39,536 nt of DNA from NCBI GenBank assembly GCA_038873795.1, contig JAVZDR010000004.1:1-39536 (forward strand). The letters run 5' to 3'. The notes below the pieces were generated by a model. The model was not told where the DNA came from, searched no databases, and saw only the letters and a program-made list of their open reading frames with translations. Positions 1 to 8,804 of the stretch are shown piece after piece; within the stretch, counting starts at the first letter, position 1, and every line of letters starts with the position of its first letter. Position numbers and translations under genes: made by a program. This DNA is from Candidatus Micrarchaeaceae archaeon. GTDB taxonomy: Archaea > Micrarchaeota > Micrarchaeia > Micrarchaeales > CABMGC01.

Positions 1-2279
1 TTGCTATAACCGCATACAGGGCATGTGGCACAGCCCTCCGCGGCTATCATTGTACTGCCACATTCAGGGCACTTGATGTCGCTATATTCCTCAAGCTTGA
101 ATGACTTAAGCTCGTCTTTAAGGTGTATCAGCGTTACGCTTGACATATCCTCGTCGCTCGCATTCCTATGGGCCTCTGCAGATTTTTTAAGTGAATTTGC
201 CGCAGACATCCCATTATTTGATGTTGTTGTCAAAACCTGCGTACTCTTGCTGGCATTTCTGTAGACGGTGATGCCCCTGCATCCATATTTGTAGGCCATT
301 ATATATGCATCCTCTATCTCCTGTGGGGTTGCACTGTTTGGAAAGTTTATTGTTTTTGACACAGCGTTGTCGACGTATTTTTGGAATGCTGCCTGCATCT
401 TCACATGCCATTCTGGAGCTATATCAAAGGTTGTAACGAAAAGCCTCCTCACATCCATTGGTATCTCCTCTATGTCCTGTATTGACTCCTTGCCTACAAG
501 CTTGTGTATCAGTGCATCGCTGTAGAAGCCATACTTTATTGCAAATTCCTCGAACGTCGGATTCACCTCTATTAGGTTTGAACCAAGGCTCTCCCTCACA
601 TTTCTCATGTATGCAACAGCAAAGAGCGGTTCTATCCCAGAAGATGCACCCCCTGAAATTATGCTTATGGTCCCTGTAGGGGCTATTGTGGTTATTGTAG
701 AGTTCCTTATCGGCTTCATTCCGAACTTGTACCAGATGCTGTTTTCGAATTCAGGGAATGGGCCGCGTTCTTCTGCCAATTCTTGCGACATTTTCCTGCC
801 CTCTTCGGTTATGAATTTCATCACTCTCTCAGCAAGCAGGAGGGCCTCATCGGAGTTGTATGGTATGCCTAGCTTTATCAGCATATCGGCCCAGCCCATC
901 ACGCCGAGGCCTATCCTCCTTATGCTCTTTGTTATCTTTTCTATCTGAGGCAGAGGGTATTGGTTTGCATCTATAACGTTGTCAAGGAACCTGACCCCAA
1001 GCCTTGTCGTATAGCGCAGCTTCTCCCAGTCGATATCATAGCCTGCTTTTGTCTGCTTAACCATCTTGGAGAGGTTTATAGAGCCGAGATTGCATGAATC
1101 AAATGGATACAGCGGCTGCTCGCCGCATGGATTTGTCGATTCTATAGGTCCGAGCTTTGGAACTGGATTCGCAGTGCTGGCATTCATTCTGTCTATGAAT
1201 ACGACGCCAGGGTCGCCAGTGCGCCATGCCATTGTTGTGATAAGGTTCCATACAGCCCTTGCATTCAGCTTGCCGACAACCTTGTTGGTTCTTGGGTTTA
1301 TGAGGTTATAGTCTGAATTGTTCTGCAATGCCTTCATGAATTCGTCCGTGACGGCTACAGAGATGTTGAAGTTTTCCAACACGCCCTCTTTTTCCTTTGC
1401 GACTATGAAGCTCAGTATGTCTGGATGGTCTACGCGCAGTATGCCCATGTTTGCGCCTCTTCTCTTGCCGCCCTGCTTGATCTGCTCTGTGGCTGAATCA
1501 AACACCTTCATGAATGAAACAGGACCGGATGCTATTCCTCCCGTTGATTTTACAACGTCGCCTGCAGGCCTGAGCCTTGAGAAGGAGAAGCCTGTGCCGC
1601 CGCCCGACTGGTGGACGAGGGCTGCCCACTTCACTGCATCGAATATCTCTGGTATTGAGTCACCAACAGGCAAGACAAAGCATGCGCTTAGTTGCCCAAG
1701 CTTGGTGCCGGCATTCATCAGCGTTGGGCTGTTTGGCATGAATTCGAATTTTGTCATGGCCTCATATATCCTCTTTTCGAAGTCATTGACCCTTTCTTCA
1801 CTGGCGCCGTATGTTCGTTCTACGCCAGCTATGAATTTCGAAACCCTCTCGAAAAGCTGCCTTGGGGTTTCTATTATCCTCCTGTTTTCATCCCTCTGGA
1901 GGTAGCGTGCGGCGAGCACTATAAGTGTATTTAGGGGCAGCTTGAGGTCATCTTCTATGCCAATGGTAGCAAGGTAACTCCTGAGTTCGGCCCTCTTGTT
2001 TCTGTAGATTATATATGCCTTGGCGACAAGCGCATCCTTCTCCATGAGCGTCTGCTCCACTATATCCTGTATCTGCTCGACAGTTATCTCTTCAACGCCC
2101 TGCTCCCTTATCTTTTTTACCACTTCCTCTGCATATTCGTCGGCCCTTCCTTTTATCTCTTCTTTGCTTATCTTATCGTCATACACATTCTCTATGGCCT
2201 TGCCTATGGCTATTGAGATCTTCTCTTTGTCAAAAGCAACTTTCGCGCCATTCCTCTTTATAACGCTCTTTATATCCAT
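1..2279 (-). CDS. nrdJ: Adenosylcobalamin-dependent (class II) ribonucleotide reductase with N-terminal ATP-cone; 3' end runs off the window
   Basis: Not in the ORF track because there is no stop in the window. Manual translation of segments from ATG 2279: MDIKSVIKRNGAKVAFDKEKI (ATP-cone), NSPTLMNAGT..QLSACFV, TNPCGEQPL, ESCNLGSINL, RRIGLGVMG, TIAPTGTIS, and C-terminal CPECG..EGCATCPVCGYS. Start and end are in the same frame. Confidence 0.95.
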   Translation of the reverse strand, partial: MDIKSVIKRNGAKVAFDKEKISIAIGKAIENVYDDKISKEEIKGRADEYAEEVVKKIREQGVEEITVEQIQDIVEQTLMEKDALVAKAYIIYRNKRAELRSYLATIGIEDDLKLPLNTLIVLAARYLQRDENRRIIETPRQLFERVSKFIAGVERTYGASEERVNDFEKRIYEAMTKFEFMPNSPTLMNAGTKLGQLSACFVLPVGDSIPEIFDAVKWAALVHQSGGGTGFSFSRLRPAGDVVKSTGGIASGPVSFMKVFDSATEQIKQGGKRRGANMGILRVDHPDILSFIVAKEKEGVLENFNISVAVTDEFMKALQNNSDYNLINPRTNKVVGKLNARAVWNLITTMAWRTGDPGVVFIDRMNASTANPVPKLGPIESTNPCGEQPLYPFDSCNLGSINLSKMVKQTKAGYDIDWEKLRYTTRLGVRFLDNVIDANQYPLPQIEKITKSIRRIGLGVMGWADMLIKLGIPYNSDEALLLAERVMKFITEEGRKMSQELAEERGPFPEFENSIWYKFGMKPIRNSTITTIAPTGTISIISGGASSGIEPLFAVAYMRNVRESLGSNLIEVNPTFEEFAIKYGFYSDALIHKLVGKESIQDIEEIPMDVRRLFVTTFDIAPEWHVKMQAAFQKYVDNAVSKTINFPNSATPQEIEDAYIMAYKYGCRGITVYRNASKSTQVLTTTSNNGMSAANSLKKSAEAHRNASDEDMSSVTLIHLKDELKSFKLEEYSDIKCPECGSTMIAAEGCATCPVCGYS

Positions 2280-2283
2280 ACCC

Positions 2284-2748
2284 TCATCTTTTTTTCTTTA
2301 TTTTTTTAAACATGCTTGCAATCCTTTTGAATTCGTCAGGCGAATCGAAACTGTTGTATACGCTTGCAAACCTTATGTAAGCTACGGGATCAATTTTGTA
2401 TAGCTCCTTCATAACCAGGTCGCCTATGCGCCTGCTCTTTATCTCCTTTACCCCTTTTGATCTGAGCCCCCTTTCGACTTTGTCAGCTATGCCCTCTATC
2501 GTCGACATGCTTACGGACCTTTTCTCGCAGGCCTTGACTATGCCAGATATTATCTTCTGCCTGTCGAACTGCTCCCTTGTGCCGTTTTTCTTAACGACTA
2601 TTATCTCGTTCTGGCTTACCCTCTCATATGTGGTGAAGCGCCTCTTGCAAGCATTGCAGAATCTCCTGCGCCTTATTGCATTTTCCTCGCCCACATCCCT
2701 TGTATCTACAACCCTTACATCGCCTGAGCCACAGTATGGGCACTTCAC
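2284..2748 (-). CDS. nrdR: Transcriptional repressor NrdR (Zn ribbon + ATP-cone)
   Basis: KCPYCG..VVDTR..IRRRRFCNACKRRFTTYER..VVKKNGTREQFDRQK..DPVAYIRFASVY are NrdR signatures. GTG start at 2748 is preferred. Gene ends 4 nt before nrdJ. Confidence 0.95.
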   Translation of the reverse strand: MKCPYCGSGDVRVVDTRDVGEENAIRRRRFCNACKRRFTTYERVSQNEIIVVKKNGTREQFDRQKIISGIVKACEKRSVSMSTIEGIADKVERGLRSKGVKEIKSRRIGDLVMKELYKIDPVAYIRFASVYNSFDSPDEFKRIASMFKKIKKKR

Positions 2749-2763
2749 TCGAACACCGCAAAA

Positions 2764-2779
2764 ACACAATATGTAGTAT
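2764..2779. promoter_or_regulatory. NrdR box 1 (ACACAATATGTAGTAT)
   Basis: 14/16 match to the NrdR-box consensus acaCwAtATaTwGtgt; immediately upstream of nrdR. Confidence 0.85.
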
Positions 2780-2794
2780 AATTAAGAGCAAGAG

Positions 2795-2810
2795 ATACAA
2801 TATATTGTAT
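2795..2810. promoter_or_regulatory. NrdR box 2 (ATACAATATATTGTAT), abutting or overlapping a putative TATA box
   Basis: Perfect 16-bp palindrome matching the NrdR consensus; starts 31 bp after box 1; minus-strand TTTATA at 2813-2808 overlaps it. Confidence 0.85.
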
Positions 2811-2894
2811 AAATATTTAAATATGCGCAAATAAAACATTTAGCGCAGGCTGCATTTTTTGATCAAGGGCAAAAAATAGTAGTGCTAAACATTT

Positions 2895-3596
2895 TCATGT
2901 AAGGAAGTCAACTATTTTCATCTGCTTTATGAGTTCGAGGGTCCTCCATTTAGTCCTTATGTGCTGTGCCAGTGCGGCATTGGATAGGTTGCTCCTTATA
3001 GCGTCTATTGTGCGCATATCTGAAGGGTAACCAGAGCCTATATCTATCTTGAGCTTGCTCTTGAGCTTGTCTATCTCCCTGTCACGCACAACTTTGGCTA
3101 TTATGCTTGCGCCAGAAACCACAGGATACTTCACATCGGCCTTGTGCTCCGAGATGAGCTTGATGCTGTCTTTCCTGCTTCTTCGCTGCCTGTTGATTTC
3201 CATGGGCTTGCGTGAGATCATGCTTATCCTGATGCCGAACCTTTCTTGTATCACTTCTGGCGAATCTATGAAGATTGTGCTTACAGGGCTTTTCAACGAA
3301 TCTATAATCTTTGCAAAATGCGCGGCCTCGAGCTCGTTGATGGAGATGCCGCTTACCATGGCCCTGCTTATCTCAGCTGCACTGATCAATGAGACCTTTA
3401 CTTCCTCTGCTATCGCATATATCTCGTCATACAGATACTCGCGCCTCTTCCTGCTCAGCATCTTAGAGTCTCTTACCCCTATCTCAGAGAGCCGCTGAGC
3501 GCTGCTGGCCTTAATGCTTATGACGCCAGTTACAAGAGGACCAAGTACTGCTCCACGACCAGCTTCATCGCCACCGGCTATTATAATCTTACCCAC
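2895..3596 (-). CDS. rnhB: Ribonuclease HII
   Basis: GGDEAGRGAVLGPL, VRDSK, HKAD..YPVVSGASIIAKVVRD, GSGYPSD motifs. Confidence 0.96.
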   Translation of the reverse strand: MGKIIIAGGDEAGRGAVLGPLVTGVISIKASSAQRLSEIGVRDSKMLSRKRREYLYDEIYAIAEEVKVSLISAAEISRAMVSGISINELEAAHFAKIIDSLKSPVSTIFIDSPEVIQERFGIRISMISRKPMEINRQRRSRKDSIKLISEHKADVKYPVVSGASIIAKVVRDREIDKLKSKLKIDIGSGYPSDMRTIDAIRSNLSNAALAQHIRTKWRTLELIKQMKIVDFLT

Positions 3597-3599
3597 CTG

Positions 3600-3851
3600 C
3601 TACAGCTGCTTCCTGTCGATCATTATGAAGTCGTTTACAGCCATAACCGATGCATATGGAATCTTCAGCTTTCCATCTTTTATGTCGAGCTTGTTCACAT
3701 AGCTGCTGTCTACATTTGGCTCGAGAACTATGGCTGTGAGCTTGCCTGTTACTTCGTTGAGCTCAGCATCGACGAATTTGCCCAGATCGTAGCCATCTGT
3801 GGTTACGGCTTCTCTACCAACGAGCTGTTCCGCGGGTATGTATTTTACCAT
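3600..3851 (-). CDS. Small PRC-barrel domain protein (possibly CdpB-like)
   Basis: MVKYIPAEQLVGREAVTTDGYDLGKFVDAELNEVTGKL..IPYASVMAVNDFIMI fits the PRC-barrel pattern; ATG 3851 has a GGTG RBS. Confidence 0.85.
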   Translation of the reverse strand: MVKYIPAEQLVGREAVTTDGYDLGKFVDAELNEVTGKLTAIVLEPNVDSSYVNKLDIKDGKLKIPYASVMAVNDFIMIDRKQL

Positions 3852-4000
3852 TTTTACACCTTTAACGATTTTAGCACCATATATGTATATATATCTAAGA
3901 TTTAAATCCTTTCTTATCCTAAGCGGCTGAGGGTAAAGAACTAATACTAATTGCAAGCAAAAGATATAAAATCTATTAGAGTCATATATTAGTGTGTTAT

Positions 4001-4336
4001 ATGGCGGAGTCACAGCAATTGGCAGATGGATACCCTCCTATAATCTTCAAAAAGAAGCACGCGAGGTTATTATTGGCGCTGAAGAACAAAAACAAGGAGT
4101 GGCACATCTCCGACTTGGCCAATGATGCCAATGTAACCTATGTGCACACCACAAAATTCATAAATGAGTGCGAGAAATACGGCATTATTTCTATAGAGAA
4201 GCATGGCAGGATAAAGACGATAAACCTCACAAGCAAGGGCAACCACATAGTGGAGAGCATACAAAGCATAATTAATGACTTGAATGAAAAGGGGGCCACT
4301 GGAGAGCCTCAGACAGGGCAGCAACAGCAGCCATAG
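4001..4336 (+). CDS. Winged-helix (MarR/ArsR-like) DNA-binding protein
   Basis: ISDLANDANVTYVHTTKFINECEKYGII..KHGRIKTINLTSKG HTH-plus-wing pattern. Confidence 0.8.
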   Translation: MAESQQLADGYPPIIFKKKHARLLLALKNKNKEWHISDLANDANVTYVHTTKFINECEKYGIISIEKHGRIKTINLTSKGNHIVESIQSIINDLNEKGATGEPQTGQQQQP

Positions 4337-4750
4337 TCATATTACTTCTATCATCATCCTTTTCCTTATGCCGTTGAGCACATGGCCGTAGTCCCTATAG
4401 TGGGCAAATGCAGTTATCGTAATGGTATAATCGCCAGCATCCGTACCCACGTCTGAGCGTATATTTACGCTAATTGATTTCTCCTCATTCGGCGCCATTT
4501 CGCCTATCCGTACCTCCTTTGTCTTTTCCAGACCTATCTCATCAAAGCTGAGACCATTTGGGAGCTCTATTACCACAGAAGTAAGCATTGGCTCGTTTGT
4601 ATCATTCTTGAGGCTTATAGAAAGGGAGCTGTTGCTTCGCTTGTTCGCATAAAGCTTGTATGGGAAGAGCTCTGTCTTTATCCTGTATGGCGCTTTCTTC
4701 TCGAGCTCCTCTCCCGCATTCTTTTTTCCAAATAGGTTAGGAAGCTTCAT
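4337..4750 (-). CDS. Hypothetical protein, probably an Ig-like beta-sandwich
   Basis: 137-aa ORF with GTGATG RBS-like sequence; alternating beta-strand pattern (LSISLKN..IGEMAPNEEKSISV..GDYTITITA). Confidence 0.7.
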   Translation of the reverse strand: MKLPNLFGKKNAGEELEKKAPYRIKTELFPYKLYANKRSNSSLSISLKNDTNEPMLTSVVIELPNGLSFDEIGLEKTKEVRIGEMAPNEEKSISVNIRSDVGTDAGDYTITITAFAHYRDYGHVLNGIRKRMMIEVI

Positions 4751-4868
4751 AACATCACTATACTACTTTACACATGAAGGCTTAAATATTTGAGCCAAAT
4801 TTGCGGCAGAAATGTGGCTGACCAAATATAATTTAAAGGTTAGTTGAGATATGATTTGCGTGGTTAGG

Positions 4869-5645
4869 ATGAGGGGCTTAGACCTGGTTGCTTTTGCAAT
4901 CTTTGCATCCATAATGCTAGGCAGTGCCAGCGCATATATGAATGTTACCTACATCAATACGACTATCATACTAAACCGCAACAATAGCGCACACGTCATT
5001 GAAGTCTTTTCATTGTATATAAGCAACTCTTCCATAAGCCAGTACAACACAAGTAGGCAAGCCATAAACCTTACGCTGAGCGGCTGGCAGAAGGTTTTGA
5101 ATACAAACCTCCTCGTCGAACATGTACTCAGCCCTGTTTCAAGCATATACGCTTTTGACTTCCTCCCTGGGCCTGTACAAACTACAGCCAACGGCGGGAT
5201 AGCTCAGATAGTGATTAGCTATAATGTTAGAAATATAACATCTGAGAAGGTCATAGCACCAAGAAAGTTCCTTTATAACTTTAATAACACATTCTTCAAT
5301 TTCGTGCATACTCCATATGGTGAGGCGCTCCCACAAAATGCCAGGCTCAACATAATAGTCCCGGCAAATGCAAAGCTGGCTTCGGTCTATCCGTTGCCAG
5401 ACTATCCATACATAAATTTCGTCAGCAATTCAACAAACAGTACAATGTTCTCGTGGTATAGGGGCGAGCCCCTTGCAAAGTTCACATTTTCATATATAGT
5501 CACAGAGTCGCTTGGGGATGAAGTCGCAGGCTACTTCGGAAGGATTTATGGCATGTATTCTGCCCAGCTATATATGGCTGCGATAATAATAATTGTGGCA
5601 ATAGGGGCATACCTATACATCAAGGTTGTAAAATCCAGGGCGTAG
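4869..5645 (+). CDS. Secreted, C-terminally membrane-anchored putative glycoprotein
   Basis: N-terminal signal peptide (LVAFAIFASIMLGSASA), about 10 N-x-S/T sequons, C-terminal TM helix followed by a basic tail; alternative start at 4851. Confidence 0.75.
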   Translation: MRGLDLVAFAIFASIMLGSASAYMNVTYINTTIILNRNNSAHVIEVFSLYISNSSISQYNTSRQAINLTLSGWQKVLNTNLLVEHVLSPVSSIYAFDFLPGPVQTTANGGIAQIVISYNVRNITSEKVIAPRKFLYNFNNTFFNFVHTPYGEALPQNARLNIIVPANAKLASVYPLPDYPYINFVSNSTNSTMFSWYRGEPLAKFTFSYIVTESLGDEVAGYFGRIYGMYSAQLYMAAIIIIVAIGAYLYIKVVKSRA

Positions 5646-5659
5646 TTCTAGGTGTAAGA

Positions 5660-7159
5660 GTGCACAGATATGAAATGGAGGTGCTGAAAGCCCTTAAAAA
5701 ATCAAAGAAGGAAAGCCTCAGCAGCATAATAAAAGAAACGGGCATGAACAAAGACTCTGTACTCTGGGCCTTGGGCAACCTGCTAGAGAAGAAGATGATA
5801 ACTGTAGGCAGGTCGAGGAAGATTTCCATAGAAGTTACTGACGAAGGCAAGGATTATGCAGAAAATGGCCTGCCTGAGATAGATGTCTTGAAAAGGCTGG
5901 AAAAGGTCGAACTGCCAGCTGCCAACTTCGTCTCAAAGAGAGAAAGGATAGGTCTGCAATGGGCTAAAAAGAAGGGGCTTATTGTTATAGAAGGAGGCAT
6001 TGCCAAAATAACGAAAGAGGGCCTAGCCGCCCTAGCAGGCGGGCTACCTTCTGCCAGGCTTCTGAAGAGTATAGCCATGGGGAGCCTGCCTGAAAATGAA
6101 GATGTAACAACTCAAAAAGAGCTTGACGAACTTGTGAAGAGGGGACTTGTAAAATCACAGGAAAGAGAAGAGATAGAATATGCAGAGATAACAGACTCTG
6201 GAATAAATGCATTAAAGAGTAGCTCCGTAGAGAATGAGATTGGTGCGGTTGACAGAAGCATCATAGTGCACGAATCCTGGAAGGGTATGAAATTTAAGCC
6301 GTATGACATTAATGTCAGTGTTCCTATGGTCTATCCAGCGATTGAGCATCCTATGCGGGAGGTTATAGATCTGTTCAAAGATGCTTATTTGGGCATGGGT
6401 TTTTCAGAGGTAAGCGGGCCGATAGTGCTGCCGGCATTCTGGGTATTTGATTCACTTTTTGTGCCACAAGACCACCCAGCGAGGGATATGCAAGATACTT
6501 TCTATCTTTCAAATCCACGCACATTGGCTATAAATGACAGGAATGCTGTGAAGCGCGTAAAAGCGGCACATGAGAAAGGATGGGGCAGAAAATGGGACGA
6601 AGGCATTGCAATGCATGCAGTACTGAGGACCCACACGACGAGCGTCTCGGCTAAATATATATATGCACTGGAAAAGAATGCGGATATAATATCGCCGATG
6701 AAGCTCTTCTCGATAGGAAGGATATTCAGAAACGAAAATATAGATTACAAGCATCTGGCAGAATTTTATCAAATGGATGGCATAGTCATAGGGAAGAGGC
6801 TTACTCTTTCTAATCTTTTCGATGTGCTGATAAAGGTATTCGCAGCAGCAAACATAAAGATAAAATTCAGGCCATCATATTTCCCTTTTGTCGAGCCTGG
6901 AGTAGAGGTCTCAGCATACTACGCGCCAAAGGATGAGTGGCTGGAGCTTGGGGGTGCTGGAATCATAAGGAATGAGGTAACCGGCATGCAGAGGAAGAGC
7001 ATGACTGTGCTGGCTTGGGGGCTCGGCTTGGAGAGGATAATGCTCATGCAAAACCCTAGAATAAGCGGTATAAATGAATTATACAACCACAGCATAGGCT
7101 GGCTCAGAAGGGTAAAATATCAGCCCATAAACGGCATGGACTCTCCTGCCGATAGGTGA
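5660..7159 (+). CDS. pheS: Phenylalanine--tRNA ligase alpha subunit (archaeal type)
   Basis: FDSLFVPQDHPARDMQDTFYL, LRTHTT, FRNE..HLAEFYQ, YFPFVEP, WGLGLER. Confidence 0.97.
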   Translation: MHRYEMEVLKALKKSKKESLSSIIKETGMNKDSVLWALGNLLEKKMITVGRSRKISIEVTDEGKDYAENGLPEIDVLKRLEKVELPAANFVSKRERIGLQWAKKKGLIVIEGGIAKITKEGLAALAGGLPSARLLKSIAMGSLPENEDVTTQKELDELVKRGLVKSQEREEIEYAEITDSGINALKSSSVENEIGAVDRSIIVHESWKGMKFKPYDINVSVPMVYPAIEHPMREVIDLFKDAYLGMGFSEVSGPIVLPAFWVFDSLFVPQDHPARDMQDTFYLSNPRTLAINDRNAVKRVKAAHEKGWGRKWDEGIAMHAVLRTHTTSVSAKYIYALEKNADIISPMKLFSIGRIFRNENIDYKHLAEFYQMDGIVIGKRLTLSNLFDVLIKVFAAANIKIKFRPSYFPFVEPGVEVSAYYAPKDEWLELGGAGIIRNEVTGMQRKSMTVLAWGLGLERIMLMQNPRISGINELYNHSIGWLRRVKYQPINGMDSPADR

Positions 7160-7163
7160 TGCG

Positions 7164-8804
7164 ATGCCTACTGTAACTCTAGACAAGGATCGCCTGCTGC
7201 GTGCAATCGGCTTCAGGCTAGATGATGAAAAGCTAGAAAAATACGCAAATTCGCTTGGGCTTGAATTAAAGATCCTTGGCGGCGGTGAAATAAGCGTTGA
7301 GGTGACGCCAAATAGACCAGACATGCTCAGCACAATAGGCTTGGCAAGGGCGCTGAAGTACTTCATGCACAGAAAGGAAAAATTCACCTACTCCATAAAG
7401 TCCAGCCCGCAGCTCTCTATAAAAGTTGGGAAAGAGGTGGGCAAGGTCAGGCCGTACATAGCAGCGTTTGTTGCGAAGGGCGTAAAGCTGGATGAGGGCT
7501 CGCTCAAGGACTTGATAAACTTCTCTGAGGAGTTCTGCGAGACGTTTGGCAGGCACAGGGAAAGGATAGCGATGGGCATCCACAACTTTGATGCAATAAA
7601 GCAGCCCATTGTATATGATGCATTTGGAGATGAAAGCTTCGTTCCGCTCAACGCTAGTAAAAGCATGAAATTCAGCGAGATACTTGAAAGCATTAACAAA
7701 GGCAAAGAGTACGGCTACATAATCTCCAAATCTGGGAGGAAACTATTTCCTGCGCTGAAGGACGCAGATGGCGTATTGTCCTTGATACCCATAATAAATT
7801 CAAACAGGACAAAGGTCTCGAAAGAGACGAATAACCTCTTCATAGACATAACAGGCGTATCGAAGGAGATTATAGAAAAATCTGCATGCATGATTGCTGC
7901 GGACCTTATGGACATTGGCGCAAAGATAGAGCCTGTAAGGATTGAATATGGCAAAGTGGAGTCGATTACGCCAAAGATGGAAAAAGCAAGCATAAAGATA
8001 CCTCTTGTGCAGATAGAAGAGGAGGTAGGGGTAAAGCTGACTTTCAATGAGGCTATATCTTTGGCTAACAAAATGGGTTATGCCGCTAAATTCCTTGGAA
8101 ATAATATAATATTTGACATTCCCCAGTACAGGCTAGACATACTGAACTACCAAGATGTGATAGAGGATATAGCAATAGCATATGGCTATGATTATATACA
8201 GCCGCTGCCCATATTTTCGGCTCAGCAGGGCTCGCTGGAAAGCACAACCAGGCGCAATTCCAATCTCTCTAAGACTATGATTGGGCTTGGCTTCAGCGAA
8301 GTAATGAACACCTACCTAACAAACGAGAATCTGAACTTCAAGAAGATGCTGAAAAAAGCCAATATGGGCAGTTATGTCGCAATAGCAAATGCAAAGACGA
8401 GCAGCATAACAATGCTCAGGACTTGGCTTATTCCATCCCTGCTGTACAATCTTGGCATTTCTGGACATGACCCTCTGCCACACAAGATATTCGAACTTGA
8501 TATGGCATTCAACATGCGGAAGAATGGGGTAGCAGAAGAATACCATCTCGCATGCGTCTCAGAGCAGGCCAAACAGAACTTCAATGACATGAAGGGTGTC
8601 GCAGAAGCTGTACTCAGGTCCCTTGGCCTCAAATACGAGCTTAAGCCAGGGCTGGATGAAAGCTTCATAGAAGGCCGATGTGCAAAGATAGCAGTGGCAG
8701 GGAAGGAGATTGGCTTGTTTGGGGAAATCCACCCGGCTGTGCTCTTGAATTTCGGGATAACCGAATCGACAATGGCAATGGAGATAAACCTAAGCGCCGT
8801 ATAA
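7164..8804 (+). CDS. pheT: Phenylalanine--tRNA ligase beta subunit
   Basis: EVTPNRPDMLS, VRPYIAA, YRLDIL..DVIEDIAIAYGY, GEIHP; follows pheS. Confidence 0.97.
   Translation: MPTVTLDKDRLLRAIGFRLDDEKLEKYANSLGLELKILGGGEISVEVTPNRPDMLSTIGLARALKYFMHRKEKFTYSIKSSPQLSIKVGKEVGKVRPYIAAFVAKGVKLDEGSLKDLINFSEEFCETFGRHRERIAMGIHNFDAIKQPIVYDAFGDESFVPLNASKSMKFSEILESINKGKEYGYIISKSGRKLFPALKDADGVLSLIPIINSNRTKVSKETNNLFIDITGVSKEIIEKSACMIAADLMDIGAKIEPVRIEYGKVESITPKMEKASIKIPLVQIEEEVGVKLTFNEAISLANKMGYAAKFLGNNIIFDIPQYRLDILNYQDVIEDIAIAYGYDYIQPLPIFSAQQGSLESTTRRNSNLSKTMIGLGFSEVMNTYLTNENLNFKKMLKKANMGSYVAIANAKTSSITMLRTWLIPSLLYNLGISGHDPLPHKIFELDMAFNMRKNGVAEEYHLACVSEQAKQNFNDMKGVAEAVLRSLGLKYELKPGLDESFIEGRCAKIAVAGKEIGLFGEIHPAVLLNFGITESTMAMEINLSAV

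Noticed and set aside
25..2403. Several plus-strand ORFs (e.g. 607-948, 1318-1905, 2020-2403)
   Set aside because: Antisense shadows of nrdJ/nrdR. The same applies to the many short antisense ORFs over pheST, gdhA, mcm, dnaK/dnaJ, the rpo genes, polD and the ALDH.
3852..4013. Long N-terminal extension of the PRC-barrel ORF
   Set aside because: Runs through an AT-rich promoter region; the RBS supports ATG 3851
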